DNA from: Polyangiales bacterium
GTDB taxonomy: Bacteria; Myxococcota_A; Polyangia; Polyangiales; Ga0077539
DNA: 64,000 nucleotides
Reading direction: 5' to 3'
NCBI GenBank assembly: GCA_046351535.1
Contig: JAXLYG010000005.1
Location: 37,334 to 101,333 of the forward strand
The position numbers and the translations under genes are program-made. The stretch's first letter is position 1. Every line of letters begins with the position of its first letter. The notes beneath the pieces were generated by a model. That model saw only the letters and a program-made list of their open reading frames with translations. It made no database searches and was not told the DNA's origin. Below, piece after piece: positions 47,445 through 54,639 of this stretch.

Positions 47445-48062
47445 CTACGCGCGCTTCCGAGGCGAGAAGGGAATCAGCGACGAGGGCGCGCTCAGCGCCG
47501 TCACGATCGACTCGATCTGCGGCGCCACGCGGTCTCGCATCGCGGCGTCGTGCTGCGCGAGGCGCGTAAGGTGCTCCAGCGCGTCGAGCATGGCGCGCTG
47601 CCGACGGCCCTCGATCACCGCGTGCGCGATGAGCGCCACCACGACGGCCGCCACCGCGCCCGCGAGCCCCAGGAGCAGGAGCTTCGGGAGCACGTCGTCG
47701 AAGATCACCCGCAGCGCGAAGAGCGCGAGGAGCACCGCCCCGAGCGCCCACGCGGCCACGCGCCCCGAGCCCTCGCGTCGCGCGCCGCGGACCGCGCGGC
47801 TCACGATGTCATCGAAGGCCGCGCCGGCCTTCACGTCGGCGGTGAGCGCGGGCGCGGGCTCCGCGGGCGCGCCACGCCCGAGAAGCTCGGACAGCGGCGC
47901 GTTCAAGGGCGGGAGCTCGGGCTCCGCGGTCTTCACGGCCTCGCGCGTCTCCGTCGAAGAGAGCACCGCGATGGCGGCCTCGGAGGTCTGCGTCGGAGCG
48001 GGTGTTGAAGAGTCCACGACGTGCTCGGCGCGTACCGTACCGCAGCGACCGCGAAAACTCAC
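47445..48062 (-). CDS. Hypothetical small membrane protein with 2 TM helices; the start is uncertain.
   Basis: It has two hydrophobic helices (WALGAVLLALFALRVIF and LLLLGLAGAVAAVVVALIAHAVI) and sits between the ABC ATPase and the fusion gene with gaps of about 22 nt. Confidence 0.45.
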   Translation of the reverse strand: MSFRGRCGTVRAEHVVDSSTPAPTQTSEAAIAVLSSTETREAVKTAEPELPPLNAPLSELLGRGAPAEPAPALTADVKAGAAFDDIVSRAVRGARREGSGRVAAWALGAVLLALFALRVIFDDVLPKLLLLGLAGAVAAVVVALIAHAVIEGRRQRAMLDALEHLTRLAQHDAAMRDRVAPQIESIVTALSAPSSLIPFSPRKRA

Positions 48063-48084
48063 CAGATCATCGGCGGTCGACGCG

Positions 48085-48759
48085 CTACGCGCCCGTGCGC
48101 ACGGAGGACTTCACCTTCCCCCGCTCCAGCGTGATGCGCACGTCGGCGACGCGCTCGGCGAAGGGACGGTCGTGCGTGACCACCACCACCACGCGCTTGC
48201 GCTCCCGCGCGCCCTTCACGGCCTTGATGAGCCGCTCCGTGGCGTTGGCGTCGAGGCCCGTCGTGGGCTCGTCGAAGAGCAGCAGCGACGGGTCGTGAAG
48301 CTCCGCCCGCGCCAGGGCCAGCCGCTGGAGCTGCCCGCGCGAATACGTCCTCGCGGGCCTGTCCGCGAACTCCGTGAGCCCCACGGCGCGCAGCGACTCC
48401 TCGATGCGGCTCTCCGCCGACGGAAGATCATGGAGCGTCGCCATGAGCTTCAGAGACTCCCGCGCCGTGAGGTCGGGGTACACCATCGCCTCGTGGCCCA
48501 CGAGCCCGATGGCCGCGCGCACCTCCGCGCGATCCTCGGGGAGCTCGTACTCGCCGTAGATCACCCGGCCCGCCGTGGGCCGCACCAGCGTCGCCAGCAC
48601 CAGGAGCAGCGTGCTCTTGCCCGCGCCGTTGCCGCCCTCGACCGAGCACACGTCGCCCGCGCGAAACTCCAGCGTCACCCCGGCGAGCGCCCTCGTGGCG
48701 CCGTACACCCGCGTGAGCTTCTCGACCCGCACCACATCAAAAAACGCTCTCTCGGCCAT
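48085..48759 (-). CDS. ABC transporter ATP-binding protein, small and CcmA-like in size.
   Basis: It has Walker A (GGNGAGKST), the ABC signature (YSRGQLQRLALA), Walker B (LLLFDEPTTGLD) and an H-loop (THD). Confidence 0.85.
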   Translation of the reverse strand: MAERAFFDVVRVEKLTRVYGATRALAGVTLEFRAGDVCSVEGGNGAGKSTLLLVLATLVRPTAGRVIYGEYELPEDRAEVRAAIGLVGHEAMVYPDLTARESLKLMATLHDLPSAESRIEESLRAVGLTEFADRPARTYSRGQLQRLALARAELHDPSLLLFDEPTTGLDANATERLIKAVKGARERKRVVVVVTHDRPFAERVADVRITLERGKVKSSVRTGA

Positions 48760-48845
48760 CGGCAGGGGCCAACCAATACCCCATCTCACACGCCCACCGC
48801 ACGCTCTTGCGAACGCGCACCGCCTGCCGCATAAACGCCGCCCTG

Positions 48846-49319
48846 ATGACCACCACCGTCCAGTGCATCAAATGCAACGAGGAGAAGCCCGCCCTCGCGA
48901 CCCCGCCCTTCCGCGCCGGGACGCGGCTCGCCGACCTCGGCGTCGAGATCCAGCAGAAGATCTGCGCCCCCTGCTACCGCGACTGGATCAACATGTCGGT
49001 CAAGCTCGTGAACGAGATGCGACTCGACACGACCGATCCCCGCGGCCAGCAGCTCTGGCTCACGCAGATGAAGCTCTTCCTCAACCTCGACGGAGGCTCC
49101 GCGGACCCCTGGTCGCGCCACCTCGACAAGCCCGTCGTGATCGAGACCGTCGCGGGCGTCCGCACGCGCGCCACCCTCCTCGGCGCCACCGCCGACACCC
49201 TCACCCTCGCGGATTTCGACGGCGGAACCATCCCCGACGGATTCGCGGTCTCGACCGGCGCGCGCGGCTCGGCCACCATCGCCCGCGACGCGGTCAAGAC
49301 CCTCGAGCCCGCTGCGTGA
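48846..49319 (+). CDS. YggX-like Fe(2+)-trafficking / oxidative-damage-protection domain protein with a C-terminal extension of about 75 aa.
   Basis: The N-terminal 85 aa align with YggX (MTTTVQCIKCNEEKPAL…WINMSVKLVNEMRLD… versus MSRTIFCTFLQREAEG…WQHKQTMLINEKKLN…). Confidence 0.65.
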   Translation: MTTTVQCIKCNEEKPALATPPFRAGTRLADLGVEIQQKICAPCYRDWINMSVKLVNEMRLDTTDPRGQQLWLTQMKLFLNLDGGSADPWSRHLDKPVVIETVAGVRTRATLLGATADTLTLADFDGGTIPDGFAVSTGARGSATIARDAVKTLEPAA

Positions 49320-50227
49320 CCGAGCGCACCGCACCGCCCACCGTCATCTTCGCAACGCCCCGAAAGCTCCCGAAGCCCTCGACCGTCCACGGACGCGTCG
49401 TCGTGCTCGACATCGCCTTCGCCGCCGACGGGACGGGACACAGCTTCGAGAAGGTCACCGCACCCTTTCTCAAGGGCCTCGGCGACCGCCTCGCGGCCTG
49501 GGTCGACCACCACGACCACGCGCTCCACGCGAGCTTCCGCGACGACCCCCGCTTCGTGCTCGCCACGAAGGCCGTCCACGGCGCCTGCCCCGAAATGGTC
49601 ACCCCCGAGCTCGTCGCCCGCATCGGACGCGTCGACACCATCGTGTGTCACACCGACCTCGACGGCCTCTACGCCGCCGCCCGCTGGATCCTCGGCGGAC
49701 GCGACCCCTACCCCGGCGCCGAGGCCGACGCGCGCGCCGTCGACACCCGCATCGGAGAGCCCTCTCCCCGCGCCACCGCCCTCGACCGCGCCCTGCGCCT
49801 GCGCGGACGCGACGAGACCTTCCTCGCCCGCGTGGTGCGCATGCTCATCGGACGCGACGACGACGGGGCCATCACCGACGAGGTCCGCGACGCCGCGCGC
49901 GAGTACGCCGAGGTCGAGAACAACACGAAGCGCCTCGCCGACACGGGCTACATCGCGCACGGCGACGTCGTCGTGTGCGACGCCACCAACGTCCCGCCGC
50001 GGGAGTTCGACAAGACCGACCTGCTCCTCCTCGGGCAGACCCGGGCCCGCGTCTCGATCGTGCTCGACGCGCAGAACGTCACCCTCGCCGCGGCCTTCGA
50101 CTCGGGCCTCAACTTCCTCACGCTCCTCGGCGTGAGCGGGGGAATGCCCACGAGGGTCTCGGTGCCCCGATCGCGCTACGACGAGGTCCGCAAGGCCCTC
50201 TCCACCGCAGCCCTCTGGCGCGACTGA
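49316..50227 (+). CDS. Hypothetical protein.
   Basis: The frame is protein-like, and the GTG start overlaps the upstream stop as GTGA. There is no recognisable domain. Confidence 0.5.
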   Translation: MTERTAPPTVIFATPRKLPKPSTVHGRVVVLDIAFAADGTGHSFEKVTAPFLKGLGDRLAAWVDHHDHALHASFRDDPRFVLATKAVHGACPEMVTPELVARIGRVDTIVCHTDLDGLYAAARWILGGRDPYPGAEADARAVDTRIGEPSPRATALDRALRLRGRDETFLARVVRMLIGRDDDGAITDEVRDAAREYAEVENNTKRLADTGYIAHGDVVVCDATNVPPREFDKTDLLLLGQTRARVSIVLDAQNVTLAAAFDSGLNFLTLLGVSGGMPTRVSVPRSRYDEVRKALSTAALWRD

Positions 50228-50279
50228 ACGAAGTGTATCTCCGCGGGTGCATCACCGATATACTCGCGCAACCCCGTTG

Positions 50280-51455
50280 ATGGCAGAGCGCTTCATCCGC
50301 TGCCAGCTCTGCGGCATCCCGCACCCCGCGGACGTGCGCGAGTGCCCCATTCACCGCAAGCCCATCGTGGCTGCGGCACGGATGGACGTGCGCCCTTCGG
50401 CACCCCCCACGATCCCGCCGCCGCCTCTCCCAACGCGCGTGGTGACACCCCCGCCGTTGCCTTCGGCGCGCGCGCAGGCGTCGCCCGCGCTGCTGGTGGG
50501 CAAGCTCCTCGCGGGCCGCTACCGCGTGACGGGGGTCATCGCCTCGGGCGGAATGGGCGTGGTCTACGACGGCCTCCAGGTGGCCCTCGGGCGCCGCGTG
50601 GCGATCAAGTGTCTGCACCCGCGCTACGCCACCGACGCGTCGGCCATCGCGCGCTTTCAGAACGAAGCCATGGTCTCGGGGAGCTTCGGCCACCCCCACA
50701 TCGTCGAGGTCTTCGACCTGGGCTGGCTCGACGACGAGCGCTCGCCCTTCCTCGTGATGGAGCGCCTCGACGGAGAGACCCTCGGTCACCGTCTTCAGCG
50801 TGAAAAGAAGCTCGGCGTAGGGCTCGTGCTCACGACCGCGCGCCAGGTGCTGAGCGCCCTCGTCGCGACGCACGCGAGGAACATCCTCCACCGCGATCTC
50901 AAGCCCGACAACGTGTTCCTGGTGGCCACGCACGACGGCGGCGTGCGCGCCAAGGTGCTCGATTTCGGGCTCTCGAAGGCCATGGTGCGCGGCGACGCCG
51001 CGATGCGCCTCACCCGCAGCGGCGTGGTGATGGGAACGCCCTCGTACATGCCCCCCGAGCAGGCCACCGGAGAGCCCGACCTCGACGGCCGCGTCGACCT
51101 CTACGCCCTCGGAATGATCTTGTACGAGACGCTCACGGGCCGCCTCCCCTACACCGCGCGCACGCCCGCGGCCCTGATGATCGAGATCCGACGGACGCGC
51201 CCGCCACCGCCCCGCCTCCTCCGCCCCGACGTGCCCGCGGTGCTCGACGCGGCGGTGATGAAGGCCATCTCGCCCGACCGCACGCACCGCTTCGCCGACG
51301 CCCTCGAAATGCAGCGCGCGCTCTCGGCGCTGGCCCTCGACGACGAAGACGACCCGACGACCTTCCAGGGCCCTCCGACCACGCCCTCTCCCGCGGCCTC
51401 GGCCCCCATCGAGCCCGAGACTCAGCCCGTGCAGCACTTCGCCCGCAAGGTGTGA
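50280..51455 (+). CDS. Ser/Thr protein kinase with an N-terminal CxxC…CxxH ribbon-like motif.
   Basis: It has the Hanks motifs (VAIKCL, HRDLKPDN, DFGLSK, PPE) and an N-terminal CQLCG…CPIH motif. Confidence 0.85.
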   Translation: MAERFIRCQLCGIPHPADVRECPIHRKPIVAAARMDVRPSAPPTIPPPPLPTRVVTPPPLPSARAQASPALLVGKLLAGRYRVTGVIASGGMGVVYDGLQVALGRRVAIKCLHPRYATDASAIARFQNEAMVSGSFGHPHIVEVFDLGWLDDERSPFLVMERLDGETLGHRLQREKKLGVGLVLTTARQVLSALVATHARNILHRDLKPDNVFLVATHDGGVRAKVLDFGLSKAMVRGDAAMRLTRSGVVMGTPSYMPPEQATGEPDLDGRVDLYALGMILYETLTGRLPYTARTPAALMIEIRRTRPPPPRLLRPDVPAVLDAAVMKAISPDRTHRFADALEMQRALSALALDDEDDPTTFQGPPTTPSPAASAPIEPETQPVQHFARKV

Positions 51456-51490
51456 CGTTGTTGTAGAGTCCGCGGCCCTCAACTACCGCC

Positions 51491-52225
51491 ATGCGACGGA
51501 CGACCCCCGGGGTCTTCGCCCTCGAACCCTCGGCCTCGGTGCTCCCGTGGCCCGTCGAGGTCATCGAAGACGCGCTCTCACCACTGATCCTGCCCGAGCG
51601 CCTCGCGCGCTTCGACGCGATCGCCCGCGCGCGCCTGCGCTCCGTGGTGGTGGTGCTCGAGTCCGTGGTCGATCCCCACAACACGGCCGCCGTGCTCCGC
51701 ACCTCCGACGCGTTCGGGGTTGGTGAGATCCACCTCATCGACAGGGGCGTGAAGCCGCTCATGGCGCAGCGGATCACGAAGGGCTGCGACCGCTGGCTCG
51801 ACCTGCACCTCCACCACGACTCGACGGCCTGCGCGAGGGGCTTGAAAAACAGGGGTTTCGAGGTCTACGTGGCCGACGCGCGCGCGACGAAGACGCTCGA
51901 CGAGGTGGCCGCGCGGCCCGACGTGGCGATGGTGTTCGGCAACGAGCACGAGGGCGCGAGCGCCGAGATGCGCGCCGAGGCGAGCGGAACCTTCTCGATC
52001 CCGATGCGCGGCATGGTCGAGAGCCTCAACGTGTCGGTGGCGGCGGGCATCGCGATCCACGCGGTGACGCGGGGACGCGCGGGTGACCTCGGCGAGCGCG
52101 AGACGCGAGCCCTCCGAGCGCGCTTCCTGATCGAGAGCGTCCGCGAGCACGAGATGGTGATCGAGCGCCACCTCCGCGAGCGCGAGACGGAGCGAGAGCG
52201 CCACCTCCGCGAGCCCCCCGGCTGA
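51491..52225 (+). CDS. SpoU/TrmH-family RNA 2'-O-methyltransferase.
   Basis: It has the SPOUT motifs (VVVLESVVDPHNTAAVLRTSDAFGV; MVFGNEHEGAS; MRGMVESLNVSVAAGIA). Confidence 0.8.
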   Translation: MRRTTPGVFALEPSASVLPWPVEVIEDALSPLILPERLARFDAIARARLRSVVVVLESVVDPHNTAAVLRTSDAFGVGEIHLIDRGVKPLMAQRITKGCDRWLDLHLHHDSTACARGLKNRGFEVYVADARATKTLDEVAARPDVAMVFGNEHEGASAEMRAEASGTFSIPMRGMVESLNVSVAAGIAIHAVTRGRAGDLGERETRALRARFLIESVREHEMVIERHLRERETERERHLREPPG

Positions 52226-52353
52226 CCGGCGTCCCCTTCGTTTCCGCGGGCAGACCGGTGAGCGTGAGCTCACCAGGAGCCGAACCCCCCACGCCCCCAT
52301 CACCGTGATCTGTCGCGTCGCCCGTGACATCGGCTATACAGCGCACACCGCGA

Positions 52354-53346
52354 ATGCCTCCGAGAGTCATCCGACCGCGCAGCGATTCTCCGCGCCTCCC
52401 GTTCACGATCGGGGGCACGGCGGCGTGTCTGGTCGCGGGATGGTTCCTCGGAGCCTGGATCTTCAAGCCCGCGCACACGGGCGTGACGCCCGACAACGGC
52501 GGCGAGAACCCCGACGAGCCCGCCATCACGGTCGCGACGCCCGACGCCTCCGCGCCGCCTCCGCGCCCTCTCGTCCGCGACGCTGGAACGCCCGCGATCG
52601 TGGTCCCCGTGACGGTCAACGGCGGCCTCCTCAACGCCTGCGGAGACGGCGAAGAGATGGACCTCCCCGGCGCGCGCTGCGACACGCCCGCGGGCCTCGA
52701 ATCCGCCCTCCGCACGCGCGTCCAGGCGGTGCTCGGCACGTGTCCCTCCGCGATGAGCGCGGCGCGTGACCCGTCGAAGGTGCTCTCGCTCGGACTGCGC
52801 GTCGACTTCGCGCGACACCGCATCGTGTCGCTCCTCGGACGCAGCTCCTCGGTGCCCGACAAGGTGAGCTACGTGCCTTGCGTGAACGCGGGGCTCACGA
52901 GCGTCGACGAGATCTGGCGCATCCAGGCGGCGCACCCGCGCTACCAGTACTTCTTCACCGCGCGCTTCGGCCCCATGCGCGCGACGGCCACGCCCGAACC
53001 CGCGATCCCGACGCCCGCAACGCCGACGCCGGCAACTCCGACACCCGCGACGCCAACGCCCGCAACGCCGACGCCTGCGCCCGCGACGCCGACGCCTGCG
53101 CCCACCCCCGACTCGACGCTCCCGACGCCGGCGCAGATGCTTCGAATGCCTGCGATGACGCAGGCCACGGTCGCGTGGTCGACGGCGATCGTCCGAGAGA
53201 CCCCTCGCACGGGCCCCATCGTCGCGCGCGTCGCACAGGGAACCGCCGTCGAGGTCATCGATCGCCGCGGGAGCTGGTACGGCATCCGTTGGGAGCGCAC
53301 CCACGTCGGGTGGACCTACGGCGAGGCGATCGGTCAGGGTCGCTGA
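52354..53346 (+). CDS. Membrane-anchored protein with a (TPATP)n linker and a C-terminal bacterial SH3-like domain.
   Basis: A TM helix (LPFTIGGTAACLVAGWFLGAWIF) is followed by the tandem TPATPTPATP repeat and an SH3b-like end (…GTAVEVIDRRGSWYGIRWERTHVGWTY). Confidence 0.55.
   Translation: MPPRVIRPRSDSPRLPFTIGGTAACLVAGWFLGAWIFKPAHTGVTPDNGGENPDEPAITVATPDASAPPPRPLVRDAGTPAIVVPVTVNGGLLNACGDGEEMDLPGARCDTPAGLESALRTRVQAVLGTCPSAMSAARDPSKVLSLGLRVDFARHRIVSLLGRSSSVPDKVSYVPCVNAGLTSVDEIWRIQAAHPRYQYFFTARFGPMRATATPEPAIPTPATPTPATPTPATPTPATPTPAPATPTPAPTPDSTLPTPAQMLRMPAMTQATVAWSTAIVRETPRTGPIVARVAQGTAVEVIDRRGSWYGIRWERTHVGWTYGEAIGQGR
53011..53100 (+). repeat. In-frame tandem 15-bp repeat (ACGCCCGCAACGCCG, with variants) encoding (TPATP)n.
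   Basis: The repeat was read directly in the sequence at 52990-53110. Confidence 0.7.
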
Positions 53347-54077
53347 CCCTCGCTCGACGCATCGGGCGCAGCGGTTCTGGGCGCGAACGACATCGGCACG
53401 ACGAAGTCGACCGAGGCCCGTTGCGTAGCGGGCCACGAGCGCGCGCGCAGCCCCCCGAGGATGCAGTGCCCCACGCCGCGGAACCCGCGCGGCCCTGACG
53501 CGACGGCGTGCGTGATCCTCCCGTCGACGGAGAGCGTGAAGCGCAGCTCGACGGAGCCCCTCAGCGTCGGCGCACCGCGCAGCGCGTCTTCGTAGCAGCG
53601 ACGCGCCTCGGGCTGCGCGCGACGCAACTCGGCGAGCACGCCCTCGGCGTCGACCTCGCCCACGAGCTCCCCCGAAGGAACCTCCGCGCCTCCATCCATC
53701 ATGGCGCGCACGGCATCGGAGACCTCGGGCACAGCGACGGTCCACGCGGCGTCGAAGCGCGTCTCTCCAAACGGACGCACCCGCGCCTGCTCCATCACGC
53801 CCGCGACGCACTGCTGCACCGAGACACGCGTCTCGGACGAAGCAGTCCCCACGCGCTCGACGAAGAACTCTCCGGTGCGCCCGTCGAAGAACCCCTCGAC
53901 GGTGACGCGATCACGCGCCCCGAGGCACCGCGAAGCTCGCGCGCTCACGGCTTCAAACGCAGCGTGCACCGCGCGCCCCGAAGGACGCCCACGGCGCACC
54001 GGGACCTGCGTCGAAGCACACCCCAGCACCCACAGACCGGCGGCCGTAAGGACGCCCGGCGAGACCCACCACCTCAC
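53334..54077 (-). CDS. Lipoprotein with a C-terminal TonB_C-like (AgmX/PglI-type) domain. A GTG start is proposed at 54077.
   Basis: A signal plus lipobox (VRWWVSPGVLTAAGLWVLGCAS) is followed by a C-terminal domain resembling TonB_C or the AgmX/PglI C-terminus (…VELRFTLSVDGRITHAV…). Confidence 0.5.
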   Translation of the reverse strand: MRWWVSPGVLTAAGLWVLGCASTQVPVRRGRPSGRAVHAAFEAVSARASRCLGARDRVTVEGFFDGRTGEFFVERVGTASSETRVSVQQCVAGVMEQARVRPFGETRFDAAWTVAVPEVSDAVRAMMDGGAEVPSGELVGEVDAEGVLAELRRAQPEARRCYEDALRGAPTLRGSVELRFTLSVDGRITHAVASGPRGFRGVGHCILGGLRARSWPATQRASVDFVVPMSFAPRTAAPDASSEGQRP

Positions 54078-54117
54078 AGCCCCCCACAGACCGGCGGCCG
54101 TGAGGACGCCCGGCGAG
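54031..54117. repeat. Two 33-bp direct repeats (CACAGACCGGCGGCCGTRAGGACGCCCGGCGAG), 54 bp apart and in frame, duplicating the signal-peptide segment SPGVLTAAGLW.
   Basis: The repeats were read directly, with copies at 54031-54063 and 54085-54117. Confidence 0.7.
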
Positions 54118-54147
54118 GCCCAGCCCCTCGCACCGCCCTCTCGCGCA

Positions 54148-54639
54148 TCACTCCCCCTGCTGGAACACGAAGGGCGCGGCCACCGTCGCAGCGCCCCCCG
54201 TGGGCGGCGGAAACCGCAACGCCCGCAGCACATCCTCGATGCACCGCCCCACGCGGAGCAGCGCCGGATCACCGCCCGTCGAGGTCTGCGACACGCTCCC
54301 ATCGACCTCGACGCGGACCCGCACGGTGATCTCACCGTGGAGCGTGGCGTCGTGCGCGAGCTCTCGCTCGTAGCACTGCCGCAGGGGCTGCGAGCGCGTC
54401 GCGAGCGCGCGCCTCACGAGCGCCGCATCGATGCTCCCGTGCGTCGGAGGAAGCACCGTCACATCGACGCCCGCGTCCCTCACCCTCACGCCCGCGTCCC
54501 TCACCCTCACGCCCGCGTCCCTCACCCTCACGCCCGCATCTCGCGCGCGCACACCCGCGTCGCGCCCCGGACGCGGCTGCGCCCACGCCTCGACGCACGC
54601 GGGCGAGAGCAGCGCGAGGAGCACCACCAGCGCGCGCAC
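54148..54639 (-). CDS. Secreted protein with a (DAGVRVR)n repeat and a C-terminal TonB_C-like (AgmX/PglI-type) domain.
   Basis: A signal peptide (MRALVVLLALLSPACVEAWA) and the repeat are followed by a C-terminal domain similar to the adjacent gene (…GEITVRVRVEVDGSVSQ…). Confidence 0.55.
   Translation of the reverse strand: MRALVVLLALLSPACVEAWAQPRPGRDAGVRARDAGVRVRDAGVRVRDAGVRVRDAGVDVTVLPPTHGSIDAALVRRALATRSQPLRQCYERELAHDATLHGEITVRVRVEVDGSVSQTSTGGDPALLRVGRCIEDVLRALRFPPPTGGAATVAAPFVFQQGE
54467..54540. repeat. Tandem 21-bp repeat (ACGCCCGCGTCCCTCACCCTC), three full copies plus a degenerate one, in frame and encoding RDAGVRV heptads.
   Basis: The repeat was read directly in the sequence. Confidence 0.75.

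Noticed and set aside
44300-47569. A 1089-aa plus-strand ORF.
   Set aside because: It is antisense to the fusion gene at 44552-47422, with an extreme Arg/His/Glu composition and no domain signal.
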